The notes beneath the pieces are model-generated. The model searched no databases, had not been told where the DNA came from, and worked only from the letters and a program-made list of their open reading frames with translations. A stretch of DNA of 62,969 nt, the filler included. It is 5 parts of 5 records of this genome, joined end to end, with 100 filler letters (N's around TTAATTAATTAA, not from the genome) between each part and the next. Parts side by side here need not be neighbours in the genome. Positions count along the whole stretch, not along the records: positions 8,959 to 26,676 come from SRR31156797_25140; positions 26,777 to 44,896 come from SRR31156797_25146; 3 more parts are not named here. One strand, 5' to 3'. Made by a program: the position numbers and the translations under genes. Of the stretch, positions 19,965 to 28,543 are shown in pieces. Every line of letters begins with the position of its first letter. The first letter of the stretch is position 1.

Positions 19965-20259
19965 TACAAAATCAGCCGTAAAGCTCGGCACCGCGATAGG
20001 TTTCATTGAAACAAGAGGACTGACCGCAGCCATTGAAGCGGCAGATAACATGCTGAAGTCGGCAGAGGTCGCGCTCGTAGGGATGGAGAAGATCGGTTCC
20101 GGTCTGGTCACTGTCATCGTCCAGGGTGATGTGGGGGCGGTGAAGGCCGCTACCGAAGCCGGTTCGGAAAGCGCTTCGGCTCTTGGAGAGCTCGTCGCCT
20201 CCCATGTTATTCCCAGGCCTCATGACAATGTCGGAAATCTTCTTCCGTCTGTCAAGTAA
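19957..20259 (+). CDS. BMC-H shell protein (PduA/PduJ type)
   Basis: [24 protein letters not shown]...KIGSGLVT...GDVGAVKAA...[15 protein letters not shown] before ATG 19957. Confidence 0.97.
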   Translation: MSDTKSAVKLGTAIGFIETRGLTAAIEAADNMLKSAEVALVGMEKIGSGLVTVIVQGDVGAVKAATEAGSESASALGELVASHVIPRPHDNVGNLLPSVK

Positions 20260-20265
20260 ACGGTT

Positions 20266-21000
20266 ATGGAGGATGTCGTTCGCCAGGTGACCGCCAGAGT
20301 GATGGCCGCCCTTGCAGCGGGGGAGCCATGCGGGCATACCAGTGCTGAAGGTTCCGTCTCTTCTCATGCTTACCGGCATGGAGTCACTGTAGGAGTCTCC
20401 AATAGGCATGTACACCTGGACGCCGCTTCTTTGGAGACGCTGTTCGGGCCGGGGTATGAGTTAGAGCCGTTTAAGGAGCTTAGCCAGCCGGGTGAGTTTG
20501 CCTCAAGCGCATTCGTTGATATTGAGCACGATGGCTATCGCATAGAAAGACTCAGGGTTCTCGGACCTCTGCGCGGCAAAACTCAGATAGAGTTATCAGA
20601 GACCGATGCCAGGAGCCTGAAGATGACGCTGCCTATTCGCAGCTCGGGCAAGCTGGAAGGCACGCCCGGTCTCAGGATCTCAGGCCCTGCGGGAAGCCTG
20701 GACCTGAAGGAGGGATGCATCATCGCCTCAAGGCATATTCATCTGCATAGCTCAGATGCTCAGCGTCTGGGGGTGAAGGACGGTCAGACGGTTCACGTCA
20801 GAATGCTTGGCGAAAAATCCGGTGTGATAGGCGATGTCGTGTGCAGGGTCAGCGACCGCTACAGTTTTGAGCTTCACATCGATACGGATGACGCAAATGC
20901 TTTTCTGCAGAAGACCGGCGATATTGCGGAAATCCTACTTGAACCATTTTACTTTAATCACAAAGAGGAAGCCTATGTTGTTAGGAACGATAACCGGTAA
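20266..21000 (+). CDS. pduL: BMC phosphate acyltransferase PduL with N-terminal encapsulation peptide
   Basis: MEDVVRQVTARVMAAL; GVSNRHVHL, LSQPGEF, RVLGPLR, SRHIH, LHIDTDDANA. Confidence 0.94.
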   Translation: MEDVVRQVTARVMAALAAGEPCGHTSAEGSVSSHAYRHGVTVGVSNRHVHLDAASLETLFGPGYELEPFKELSQPGEFASSAFVDIEHDGYRIERLRVLGPLRGKTQIELSETDARSLKMTLPIRSSGKLEGTPGLRISGPAGSLDLKEGCIIASRHIHLHSSDAQRLGVKDGQTVHVRMLGEKSGVIGDVVCRVSDRYSFELHIDTDDANAFLQKTGDIAEILLEPFYFNHKEEAYVVRNDNR

Positions 21001-21211
21001 TGTTGTTTCAACTAAAAAAATAGAAAAGCTCGTCGGATGCAAGTTTATGAAAGTAAAGATCGATTCAAGGTCTGAAGAGATTGTTGCCGTAGACGCAGTC
21101 GGCGCGGGTATTGGAGAACAGGTCCTTGTTACGACAGGCCACAATGCCAGATTCGCTATGGCTGGAGCGGAACAAGCTGTCGATGCCGTGATCGTCGGAA
21201 TTGTCGACTGA
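20975..21211 (+). CDS. BMC-P vertex protein (EutN/CcmL/PduN family)
   Basis: MLLGTITGNVVSTKK...VAVDAVGAGIGEQVLV...DAVIVGIVD; GAGGA RBS before ATG 20975. Confidence 0.95.
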   Translation: MLLGTITGNVVSTKKIEKLVGCKFMKVKIDSRSEEIVAVDAVGAGIGEQVLVTTGHNARFAMAGAEQAVDAVIVGIVD

Positions 21212-21213
21212 TA

Positions 21214-21753
21214 ATGAACGATTCGCTAGGAGTTGTTGAATTCACTTCGATACCCGCCGGTTACAGATTGTATAACCGTATTCTGAAAGACGTTCAGCTG
21301 AGTCTCTTCCGGGATATGATTGTTGCCCCTGCCAGATTCATAATCATGCTGAAGGGGAGTTATGCTGCCATTGAACATGCTGTCGAATGGGCCGTTCATT
21401 CATCTGCGGAAGATATTCTGGACTACTCAATTATTGGGGCCGTGCATGATGCACTTCGCTTATGGCTGGGGAATGGAACCCATTCAGATGCGGGTACGGA
21501 CATCGGCCTCTTTGAAACAGAAACCCTGTGCGCTGGCATTGAACTGACAAACCGCCTGCTCCATGGAGCGCCGGTGGGGTTGCTGCATATGAACTGGAGC
21601 ACGGAAATGCATGGGCGCTGCCTGATCGCTGTCAGCGGTTCAGTATCCTCAATACAGACGGCCCTTGAATATGCCGGCGGCGCATTGATTTCAAATGTAG
21701 AGCCGACAGTCCTTAGAAGCATCACGGCGAATACCGGAGATTGTAATGGCTAA
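21214..21753 (+). CDS. BMC-T tandem-domain shell protein (PduT-like, divergent)
   Basis: SLGVVEFTSIPAG...GSYAAIEHAV; second domain IGLFETET...GRCLIAVSGSVSSIQTAL; 179 aa. Confidence 0.85.
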   Translation: MNDSLGVVEFTSIPAGYRLYNRILKDVQLSLFRDMIVAPARFIIMLKGSYAAIEHAVEWAVHSSAEDILDYSIIGAVHDALRLWLGNGTHSDAGTDIGLFETETLCAGIELTNRLLHGAPVGLLHMNWSTEMHGRCLIAVSGSVSSIQTALEYAGGALISNVEPTVLRSITANTGDCNG

Positions 21754-22894
21754 TTTCTATGCACCTCAGAATAATCTGCTCGGTCCCGGCTGTCTTGAAC
21801 AGATCACGGATGAGATCGCAGCAAAGGGATTTGGAAAGGCCCTCATCGTTACCGACTCCTTTATGGAGAAAACCGATGCGTTCAAACGTCTCCTTGCCGC
21901 TCTGACGAAAGCGGGTTGCTGCTGGAAGGTTTACAGCGGCACCGTTCCCAACCCGACGGTAGAAAATGTAGAGGACGCTTACGGCCTGATCTGCAAGGAC
22001 CCCTGTGATTTCATTGTATCCCTCGGTGGCGGTTCGGTACATGATTGCGCGAAAGCCGTCGGCATTACAGCGACAAGCGGCGGCTGCATAAGGCAGTATG
22101 CGGGAACGGGAAAGCTCAAGGCTCCGATCCTGCCCTTAGTCGCGGTGAATACAACGGCCGGTACGGGCTCTGAGGTAACAGGATTCTGTATCATCACCGA
22201 TAAGCAGAGACGGGTTAAGCTTGCGATTGTCGATCCGGCAATGACATCCTGGATATCGGTGAATGATCCGACGACGATGCTTTCTAAACCTCCGGCGTTG
22301 ACGGCGGCAACCGGCATGGACGCTTTGACCCATGCCATCGAGGCCTATGTTTCGCTAAACGCAAGCTGCGTAACCGATGCTCTGGCGATCAAGGCCGTGG
22401 ATATGATTATCAAGAATCTGCCGGCGGCTGTCGAGAACGGAGGCGATCTGGAGGCTCGTGAAAGGATGGCTGAGGCGCAGTTCCTCGCGGGTATGGCCTT
22501 TTCCAATGCCTCCCTCGGCTGGGTTCATGCCATAGCCCATCAGCTTGGGGGGATCTACAACCTGCCCCACGGCATATGTAATGCGGTTCTCCTTCCCTAT
22601 GTCGTGGCCTACAACGGCAGGCATATGACCGGTCGCCGTTTCGCCGATATCGCGGCCTGTTTCGGACGGGAGCTCTTTAACGGGCAGGACCGTTTCAGTT
22701 CAAGGATCGTCGCGGATGCTATTGGAAAACTGAACGCCCGATTGGGTATTCCGAAGAGGCTGCGCCATATGGGCGTAAAGAAAGATGATTTCGGGGTGAT
22801 CGCGAATCATGCGCTTGAGGATGCCTGTGCCTCGACTAACCCCGTTCAGACAGGAGAGCCGGGCATCACAGCTATCTTGGAAGCGGCCTGGTGA
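21746..22894 (+). CDS. Iron-containing alcohol dehydrogenase
   Basis: GGGSVHDCAK, NTTAGTGSE, GMDALTHAIE, HAIAHQLGG, PHGICN. Confidence 0.95.
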   Translation: MANFYAPQNNLLGPGCLEQITDEIAAKGFGKALIVTDSFMEKTDAFKRLLAALTKAGCCWKVYSGTVPNPTVENVEDAYGLICKDPCDFIVSLGGGSVHDCAKAVGITATSGGCIRQYAGTGKLKAPILPLVAVNTTAGTGSEVTGFCIITDKQRRVKLAIVDPAMTSWISVNDPTTMLSKPPALTAATGMDALTHAIEAYVSLNASCVTDALAIKAVDMIIKNLPAAVENGGDLEARERMAEAQFLAGMAFSNASLGWVHAIAHQLGGIYNLPHGICNAVLLPYVVAYNGRHMTGRRFADIAACFGRELFNGQDRFSSRIVADAIGKLNARLGIPKRLRHMGVKKDDFGVIANHALEDACASTNPVQTGEPGITAILEAAW

Positions 22895-22909
22895 CAAGGA
22901 TGGATTGAC

Positions 22910-24244
22910 GTGAAGGTAATAGTGATAGGCGGTGTCGCCGCAGGTATGAGCGCCGCCGGAAAGATACGGCGCAATATGCTCGAATCTGAGGTCGTTGTCT
23001 ATGAAAAGGGCAGCACCCTATCGTACGGAGCCTGCGGCTTGCCGTACTATGTCAGCAATGTGATAAAGGATCGTGATGCTATGATCGCCAGAACGGCTGA
23101 GGAGTTCAGAGCGCAGGGAATATCAGTGAAGCTCTTCCATGAGGTCGTAGGGCTGAAGACGGATGAACATACTGTCGTGGTCAGGGATCTGCAGAATGGC
23201 GGGATCTTTACGGATAGCTATGACAAGCTTGTTATCACCAGCGGTGCTTCCGCCGTCGTTCCTCCGTGGAAAGGGGTGGAGCTCGACAATATCTTCGTCC
23301 TGTCAAATCTTGAGGATGGAGATTCCATCAAGCAGGCGGCGCATCATAGCCGCGTTAAATCGGTGACAGTCATAGGAGCCGGGTTCATAGGTGTCGAGCT
23401 GGTGGAAGCCTTCCTTGAGATAGGGAAACGGGTTACTCTTGTGGAGCTGCAGAACCAGATTCTCCCCGGCTTTGATAAGGATATGGCGCAGCCCCTTCAG
23501 GAAGAGCTGGAGAGCAAGGGGGCGGTCCTCAAGCTTGGGGAAAAGGTCGAACGCTTCGAGGGCGCTTCCTGTGTTGAACGCGTTGTCACGAACGTAAACT
23601 CCTATGCCTCCGATCTCGTTGTGATTGCCGTCGGTGTCAGACCGAACACATCCTTTTTGGACGGTACGGATATTGAAAGGCTTGGCAACGGCGCGGTCGT
23701 TGTAGACAGGAGCATGCGGTCGAGCCATCCCGACATCTTTGCCGGAGGAGACTGTGCGACAGTATTTCACAAGGTCCTGGTACGCAGCGATTCCTACATC
23801 CCTCTTGGCACCAACGCGAATAAGCAGGGGAGGATGATTGGCGACATCCTCTGTTCTGTTCCTGTGGATTATCAGGGGACTCTCGGAACCGCCATGATTA
23901 AGGTTTGCGATTATGAAGCCGCGAAGACCGGCATTACCGAAAAGGACGCCATTCTGAATCATATCCCCTACCAGACTGTGAGCGTGAAAGCTGGAAGCCA
24001 TGCCGCCTACTATCCCCGTCAGGAGCCGACCTACATTAAGCTCGTCACGGCTCCGGATTCAAAGAAAATCCTTGGTGCGCAAGTTGTTGGCAAAGAGGGG
24101 GCTGCCCTTCGTGCCGATATCTTTGCTATGGCGGTGCACACAGGTATGACCGCTCCCGAGCTCGGCTATGTCGACTTCGGTTATTCCCCGCCCTTCGCAG
24201 GCGTTTGGGATGCTGTAAGCGTTGCAGCTAACAGGGTGAAATAG
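22910..24244 (+). CDS. CoA-disulfide reductase / NADH (per)oxidase family flavoprotein
   Basis: IGGVAAGMSAA, redox Cys SYGACGLPY, IGAGFIGVE, AGGDCA, C-terminal YSPPF. Confidence 0.9.
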   Translation: MKVIVIGGVAAGMSAAGKIRRNMLESEVVVYEKGSTLSYGACGLPYYVSNVIKDRDAMIARTAEEFRAQGISVKLFHEVVGLKTDEHTVVVRDLQNGGIFTDSYDKLVITSGASAVVPPWKGVELDNIFVLSNLEDGDSIKQAAHHSRVKSVTVIGAGFIGVELVEAFLEIGKRVTLVELQNQILPGFDKDMAQPLQEELESKGAVLKLGEKVERFEGASCVERVVTNVNSYASDLVVIAVGVRPNTSFLDGTDIERLGNGAVVVDRSMRSSHPDIFAGGDCATVFHKVLVRSDSYIPLGTNANKQGRMIGDILCSVPVDYQGTLGTAMIKVCDYEAAKTGITEKDAILNHIPYQTVSVKAGSHAAYYPRQEPTYIKLVTAPDSKKILGAQVVGKEGAALRADIFAMAVHTGMTAPELGYVDFGYSPPFAGVWDAVSVAANRVK

Positions 24245-24256
24245 CGGAGGCCGCCG

Positions 24257-25082
24257 ATGATAGACAAACGGGTAGACTTAAAAGATGCGGCCGGGAGCGT
24301 CAGGGATCGAAGCACTCTGGCTCTCGGCGGGAATACATTGAACCGGGGCGCTATGGCTTTCTGCCGTGAGTTGGCGAGACAGAAGAAGAGAGCTGGCTCT
24401 GGTTAAAACCGCCGGAGGAATGGATGTCGATTTGCTTGTCCTTGCCGATTGCGTCAGATCGGTTGCCGCCGGTTTTATCAGCTTTGAGACTAAATACGGG
24501 CTTGCTGATAATTACCGCAGGGCAGTTCAGTCAGGAAGCGTAAAGGCCGATGAGCATGCATGCTATACCATCGTGTCCGCTCTCCGCGCTGCGGTTGCGG
24601 CTCTTCCGTTCATGCCGGTCCGGGGGCTTGTAAACTCGGATCTTATCTCTGCAAACGACTACTTCAAAGAGGTCGAATGCCCTTTTACAGCTGAGAAGCT
24701 GACAGCCGTAAAGGCTATTGTTCCGGATGTCGCGGTTATACATGCGCATGAAGCCGATCGAAACGGCAATGCTCTTATCAAAGGTCCGAAATTTGATGAT
24801 GTCCTTATGAGCCGGGCTGCCAGGCGGGTTATCGTCACGGCTGAAAGGATCCTTCCGGAAAGTTATTTCCAGAATAAGACGACGGCTGTTGATATTCCTC
24901 ACTTTCTGGTCTCCCATGTCGTGCATGTGCCGGGAGGCGCTTTCCCGAATGCCTGTTCTCCCTGTTACGAGGTTTCTGAGTCAGAGCTCAGGGAGTATAT
25001 GGCGCTTCAGGATCCGGCGGGCTTGGAGGAGTACCTGAAGAAACATGAGCGAAAAGATTATCAGGGAAAAAGGAGTTTCTGA
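24257..25082 (+). pseudogene. CoA-transferase family I-like subunit A, frameshifted near 24389 (pseudogene, slippage variant or assembly error)
   Basis: GGAGG + ATG 24257 gives MIDKRVDLKDAAGSVRDRSTLALGGNTLNRGAMAFCRELARQKKR then a stop at 24404. The homologous continuation ELALVKTAGGMD...LRAAVAALPFMP...CPFTAE...PDVAVIHA..AD..GN is in the +1 frame. Confidence 0.8.
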
Positions 25083-25819
25083 TGCCGGTCAAGATTGATG
25101 CCACCCTCCGGAAGGCCGATATGATGGTCACTGCCATAGCACGGCTGATGAGGAACGGAGAAACTGTATTTCATGGCGTCTCTTCGCCCATCCCTCTCGC
25201 TGCGGTCAGCCTGGCAAAGGCGCTGCATGCCCCTGACATGGTCTATTTGAATATACCCGGCGGCGTGGATGGCAAGCCATCCAGGATATTGAACCACTCT
25301 ACCGCCGGCGCTGATATTCTTGATCGCGCCCCTGCCTATTTTCCATTGATGGAGGTCTTTGACTTATCCATGAGAGGGGGACTGGATGTGGCTTTTCTTT
25401 CGGGTGTCCAGTTCGATCCGTATGGTAATGTGAATGCAAGTGTGATCGGGGATTACTGTAAGCCTAAGGTCAGGCTTCCCGGCGGTGCCGGTTCGGCAGT
25501 GCTGATTCCCACCGCTAAAAAACCCATAATCTGGCGTACCGTCCATAACAAACGCACTTTCGTGAAGAAATGTGATTTTAATACGACCCGCGGTGAGCTC
25601 TACCGTATCGTGACGCCTTTGTGCGTATTCAGAATGGAAAAGGGCAGGGTCGTTCTGGACAGAGTGTTCCCCTACTCCTCGATCGAAGAGATCAGAGAAA
25701 ACACGGGTTTTGAGCTGATCTATGATGAGCTGGTCTACGAACCGGAACCGACAGCTGAAGAGCTCAGGATCCTGCGGATGATAGATCCGAAAAAGAATCG
25801 GACTATGGAATTTAAATAG
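25082..25819 (+). CDS. CoA-transferase family I-like subunit B (GctB/AibB-like)
   Basis: GVSSPIPLAA...HAPD, DVAFLSGVQFDPYGNVNASVIG, RLPGGAGS, IVTPLCVF, IRENTGF. Confidence 0.88.
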   Translation: MPVKIDATLRKADMMVTAIARLMRNGETVFHGVSSPIPLAAVSLAKALHAPDMVYLNIPGGVDGKPSRILNHSTAGADILDRAPAYFPLMEVFDLSMRGGLDVAFLSGVQFDPYGNVNASVIGDYCKPKVRLPGGAGSAVLIPTAKKPIIWRTVHNKRTFVKKCDFNTTRGELYRIVTPLCVFRMEKGRVVLDRVFPYSSIEEIRENTGFELIYDELVYEPEPTAEELRILRMIDPKKNRTMEFK

Positions 25820-25897
25820 CTGTCTTCATCGTTTGTTATTGTTTTTAAGTTTCCGGGTTGTCTATACACTTGGCTCTTATAAAAGGAGGATCCTATA

Positions 25898-26332
25898 ATG
25901 TTAAATAATATTCCCAAGATACTATCACCCGAGATCGTCAAGTTCCTGATGGAAATGGGGCATGGGGATGAATTGATCATTGCCGATGGTAATTTCCCGT
26001 CAGTAACATGCGCGCAGAGGCTTGTACGTGCGGACGGACATACCGGCACGGATATTCTCGATGCCGTTCTGCAGCTTTTTCCACTGGATCCATATGGTGA
26101 TGAGATACCTGTGTCTCTGATGGAAAAGGTTCCGGGAGACAGCGTGGAGACTCCCATTTGGGATGAATACAGGGATATCGTGAAAAAGTACAATCCCGAT
26201 TTCTCTGAATTCAACTTCATTGAGCGCTTTGATTTCTATGATAGGGCTAAAAAATCCTTTGGTGTTATAGCAACGGGTGAAAGTGCCCTCTATGCCTGCC
26301 TGGTGCTGAGAAAAGGGATCATTGCTGGCTAA
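25898..26332 (+). CDS. RbsD/FucU-family sugar mutarotase
   Basis: ILSPEIVKFLMEMGHGDELIIADGNFP, ERFDFYDRAK, ATGESALYA. Confidence 0.92.
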   Translation: MLNNIPKILSPEIVKFLMEMGHGDELIIADGNFPSVTCAQRLVRADGHTGTDILDAVLQLFPLDPYGDEIPVSLMEKVPGDSVETPIWDEYRDIVKKYNPDFSEFNFIERFDFYDRAKKSFGVIATGESALYACLVLRKGIIAG

Positions 26333-26676
26333 CGCATTGACAGCCTGTGATCTGGTTTATATGACTCCCTGAACTCCATGGGGCTCAGGCCCGTCTCCTT
26401 CTTGAACACCCGGCTGAAGTAGTTCTGGTCCGCATATCCCAGGAAGGCGGAGACCTCCTTGACCTCCATCTCGGGATGGCGGACCAGGAGCCGCTTGGCC
26501 TGGTCCGTCTTCTCCTGCTGGATAAAGCGCGAGGGGGTGACGCCGTACTGTTCCTTGAAGGTCCGGGACAGGTATGTACTGTTGACTTTCAGTTCGTCGG
26601 CAATCTGCTGAATCGCCATATTCTCCCTGATCCGGCTGCGGATCAGTTCCGCCGTCTGGAGGGCCAGGTCCTTTCC
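26329..26676 (-). CDS. AraC-family regulator, C-terminal HTH fragment
   Basis: TYLSRTFKEQYG...LGYADQNYFSRVFKKETGLSPMEFR; frame open to the contig edge. Confidence 0.9.
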   Translation of the reverse strand, partial: GKDLALQTAELIRSRIRENMAIQQIADELKVNSTYLSRTFKEQYGVTPSRFIQQEKTDQAKRLLVRHPEMEVKEVSAFLGYADQNYFSRVFKKETGLSPMEFRESYKPDHRLSMR

Positions 26677-26776
26677 NNNNNNNNNNNNNNNNNNNNNNNN
26701 NNNNNNNNNNNNNNNNNNNNTTAATTAATTAANNNNNNNNNNNNNNNNNNNNNNNNNNNNNNNNNNNNNNNNNNNN
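26677..26776. other. Artificial contig spacer
   Basis: 44 N + TTAATTAATTAA + 44 N. Confidence 0.99.
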
Positions 26777-28543
26777 AGCAACAACAGCAAAACCGCGTCC
26801 GGCATCTCCGGCTCTTGCAGCCTCGATAGCTGCGTTCAAAGCCAGCAAGTTGGTCTGGTCAGCGATATCGGTGATCACGTTCATAATCTTGCCGATTCCA
26901 TCTGCCTGTTCGCCGAGCATGCCGAGACCTTTTTCCATCTCAACGGTCATACCCTGAACCTTGTTAATCCGTTCAACCACATCGTTAACGATGTTTCCAC
27001 CATTCTCAGCTTCGGAACGGGCATTATCAGCTGAATCCGCAGCTTCGGCTGCATTACGGGCAACTTCCAGAACACTGGCATTCATCTGTTCCATGGCAGT
27101 AGCGGACTCGGCTGTACGCTCACGCTGGGTTTCGGAACCACGGCTGGATTCATCAATCTGGGCGGTAAGTTCCTGACTTGCGCTGGCAACCTGCGAAACA
27201 ATACCTGCCAGCTGTTCAGCAGCGTGGAGCATACCTTCGCGTTTAGCGTTTTCAGCTTCAGCACGGGCCTCGTCAGCTTCCTTGAGGGCCACCTGAGCTT
27301 TGTCGGTCTGATCTTTGGCTTCCTCGGCCATTTTTTCAGCCTTGGAGATATTTTCCACCAACCCGGTCAGCATGGCTCGCATAGCCGAATGCAGGTCTTT
27401 GAGTTCTCCACCAAATATGGACTCTTCTAGATGAACTTTATAATTTCCGTCAGCAACTTCCATGGCTGCATCGGCTATAATTCCGATGGGCTTGGAAATA
27501 GAACGGGCCACAAAAAAGATTGCAATCATGACCAGCACGAGGGCAATTCCGCCCATAGTTAGCAGGTCGAAGGTAAGAGTATGCGCATCTGCAAGAATTT
27601 TATCCAACGGAGCACTGACAGCAAGATACCAGCGCTGCCCGCTGTCCTTAAATTCAATGGGTACATACTGAATCATGGACCTTTTCCCATTTGCAGCAGC
27701 CACACGAATTTCGAAAAATGAATCCCCATCTTTCAGCGCCCGACGTAAATCACCTTTATTCGCAGACTCATCAACATCAAACATATTTTTCCCAATACGT
27801 TCTTCTGAAGGATGATAAATAAAGTCGCCATCAGGCATCATCAGCCACGCATACCCAGTACCGTAGGGACGAATTTTGGATACAAGATCGCTGATGTTGG
27901 TAATAGGCATATCCACGCAGACAACCCCAAGAGGACGGCCATCAACCATGATAGGTGCGCCGATAGTGGTCAACATGAGACGCTTACCGTCAACATCGTA
28001 CGGATAAGGAGGAGTAATATACGGTCTGCGCCTTTCAATAGGCTTCAGGTAATAGTCACCGTCACCGGGCACAAAATACTCTGCGAGGGGTACAACTTCT
28101 ATTCCCCCACCAGCCCTGAAAACATAAGGGATATGGCGCCCGGTTCTATCATGCAGTTCGCTATTAGCGAATTCTGCATCACGTCCGTCAAAAGCATTGG
28201 GTTCCCATGCGTTACTGCCGCCGATAAAGCTCTCGTCGCCTTTAATAAGACCGATAAGCATGGAAATAGCATCTGTTCTGCTCAATTCGATATTTTCACG
28301 CCTGAATTGAGCAAAGGTACTGGCAAGCCCCTGAGCCTGTCCCTGTGCATGGGTCATATAATTGAGGATACGTCCGCTATATTCTCCAGCGAGGGCGGAA
28401 ATTTCTTTTCTTGCAACTTTTTCAATAGCTTTCGAACTACTAACAGTGGCAAAATATTCCATACTGCCCAAAGTAAGCAGGAGCAATGCTCCTACCGGCA
28501 GCATAATCTTGTACCTCATTCTTAAATTTCTAAACCATTTCAT
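26777..28543 (-). CDS. Methyl-accepting chemotaxis protein (Cache sensor, HAMP), 3'-truncated
   Basis: Two TMs around a periplasmic domain; [30 protein letters not shown] at the contig edge. Confidence 0.95.

Noticed and set aside
17591-22894. Standard Pdu, Eut or glycyl-radical microcompartment
   Set aside because: There is no diol dehydratase, ethanolamine ammonia-lyase, glycyl-radical enzyme/activase or B12 gene in the locus, which is bounded by unrelated genes on both sides.
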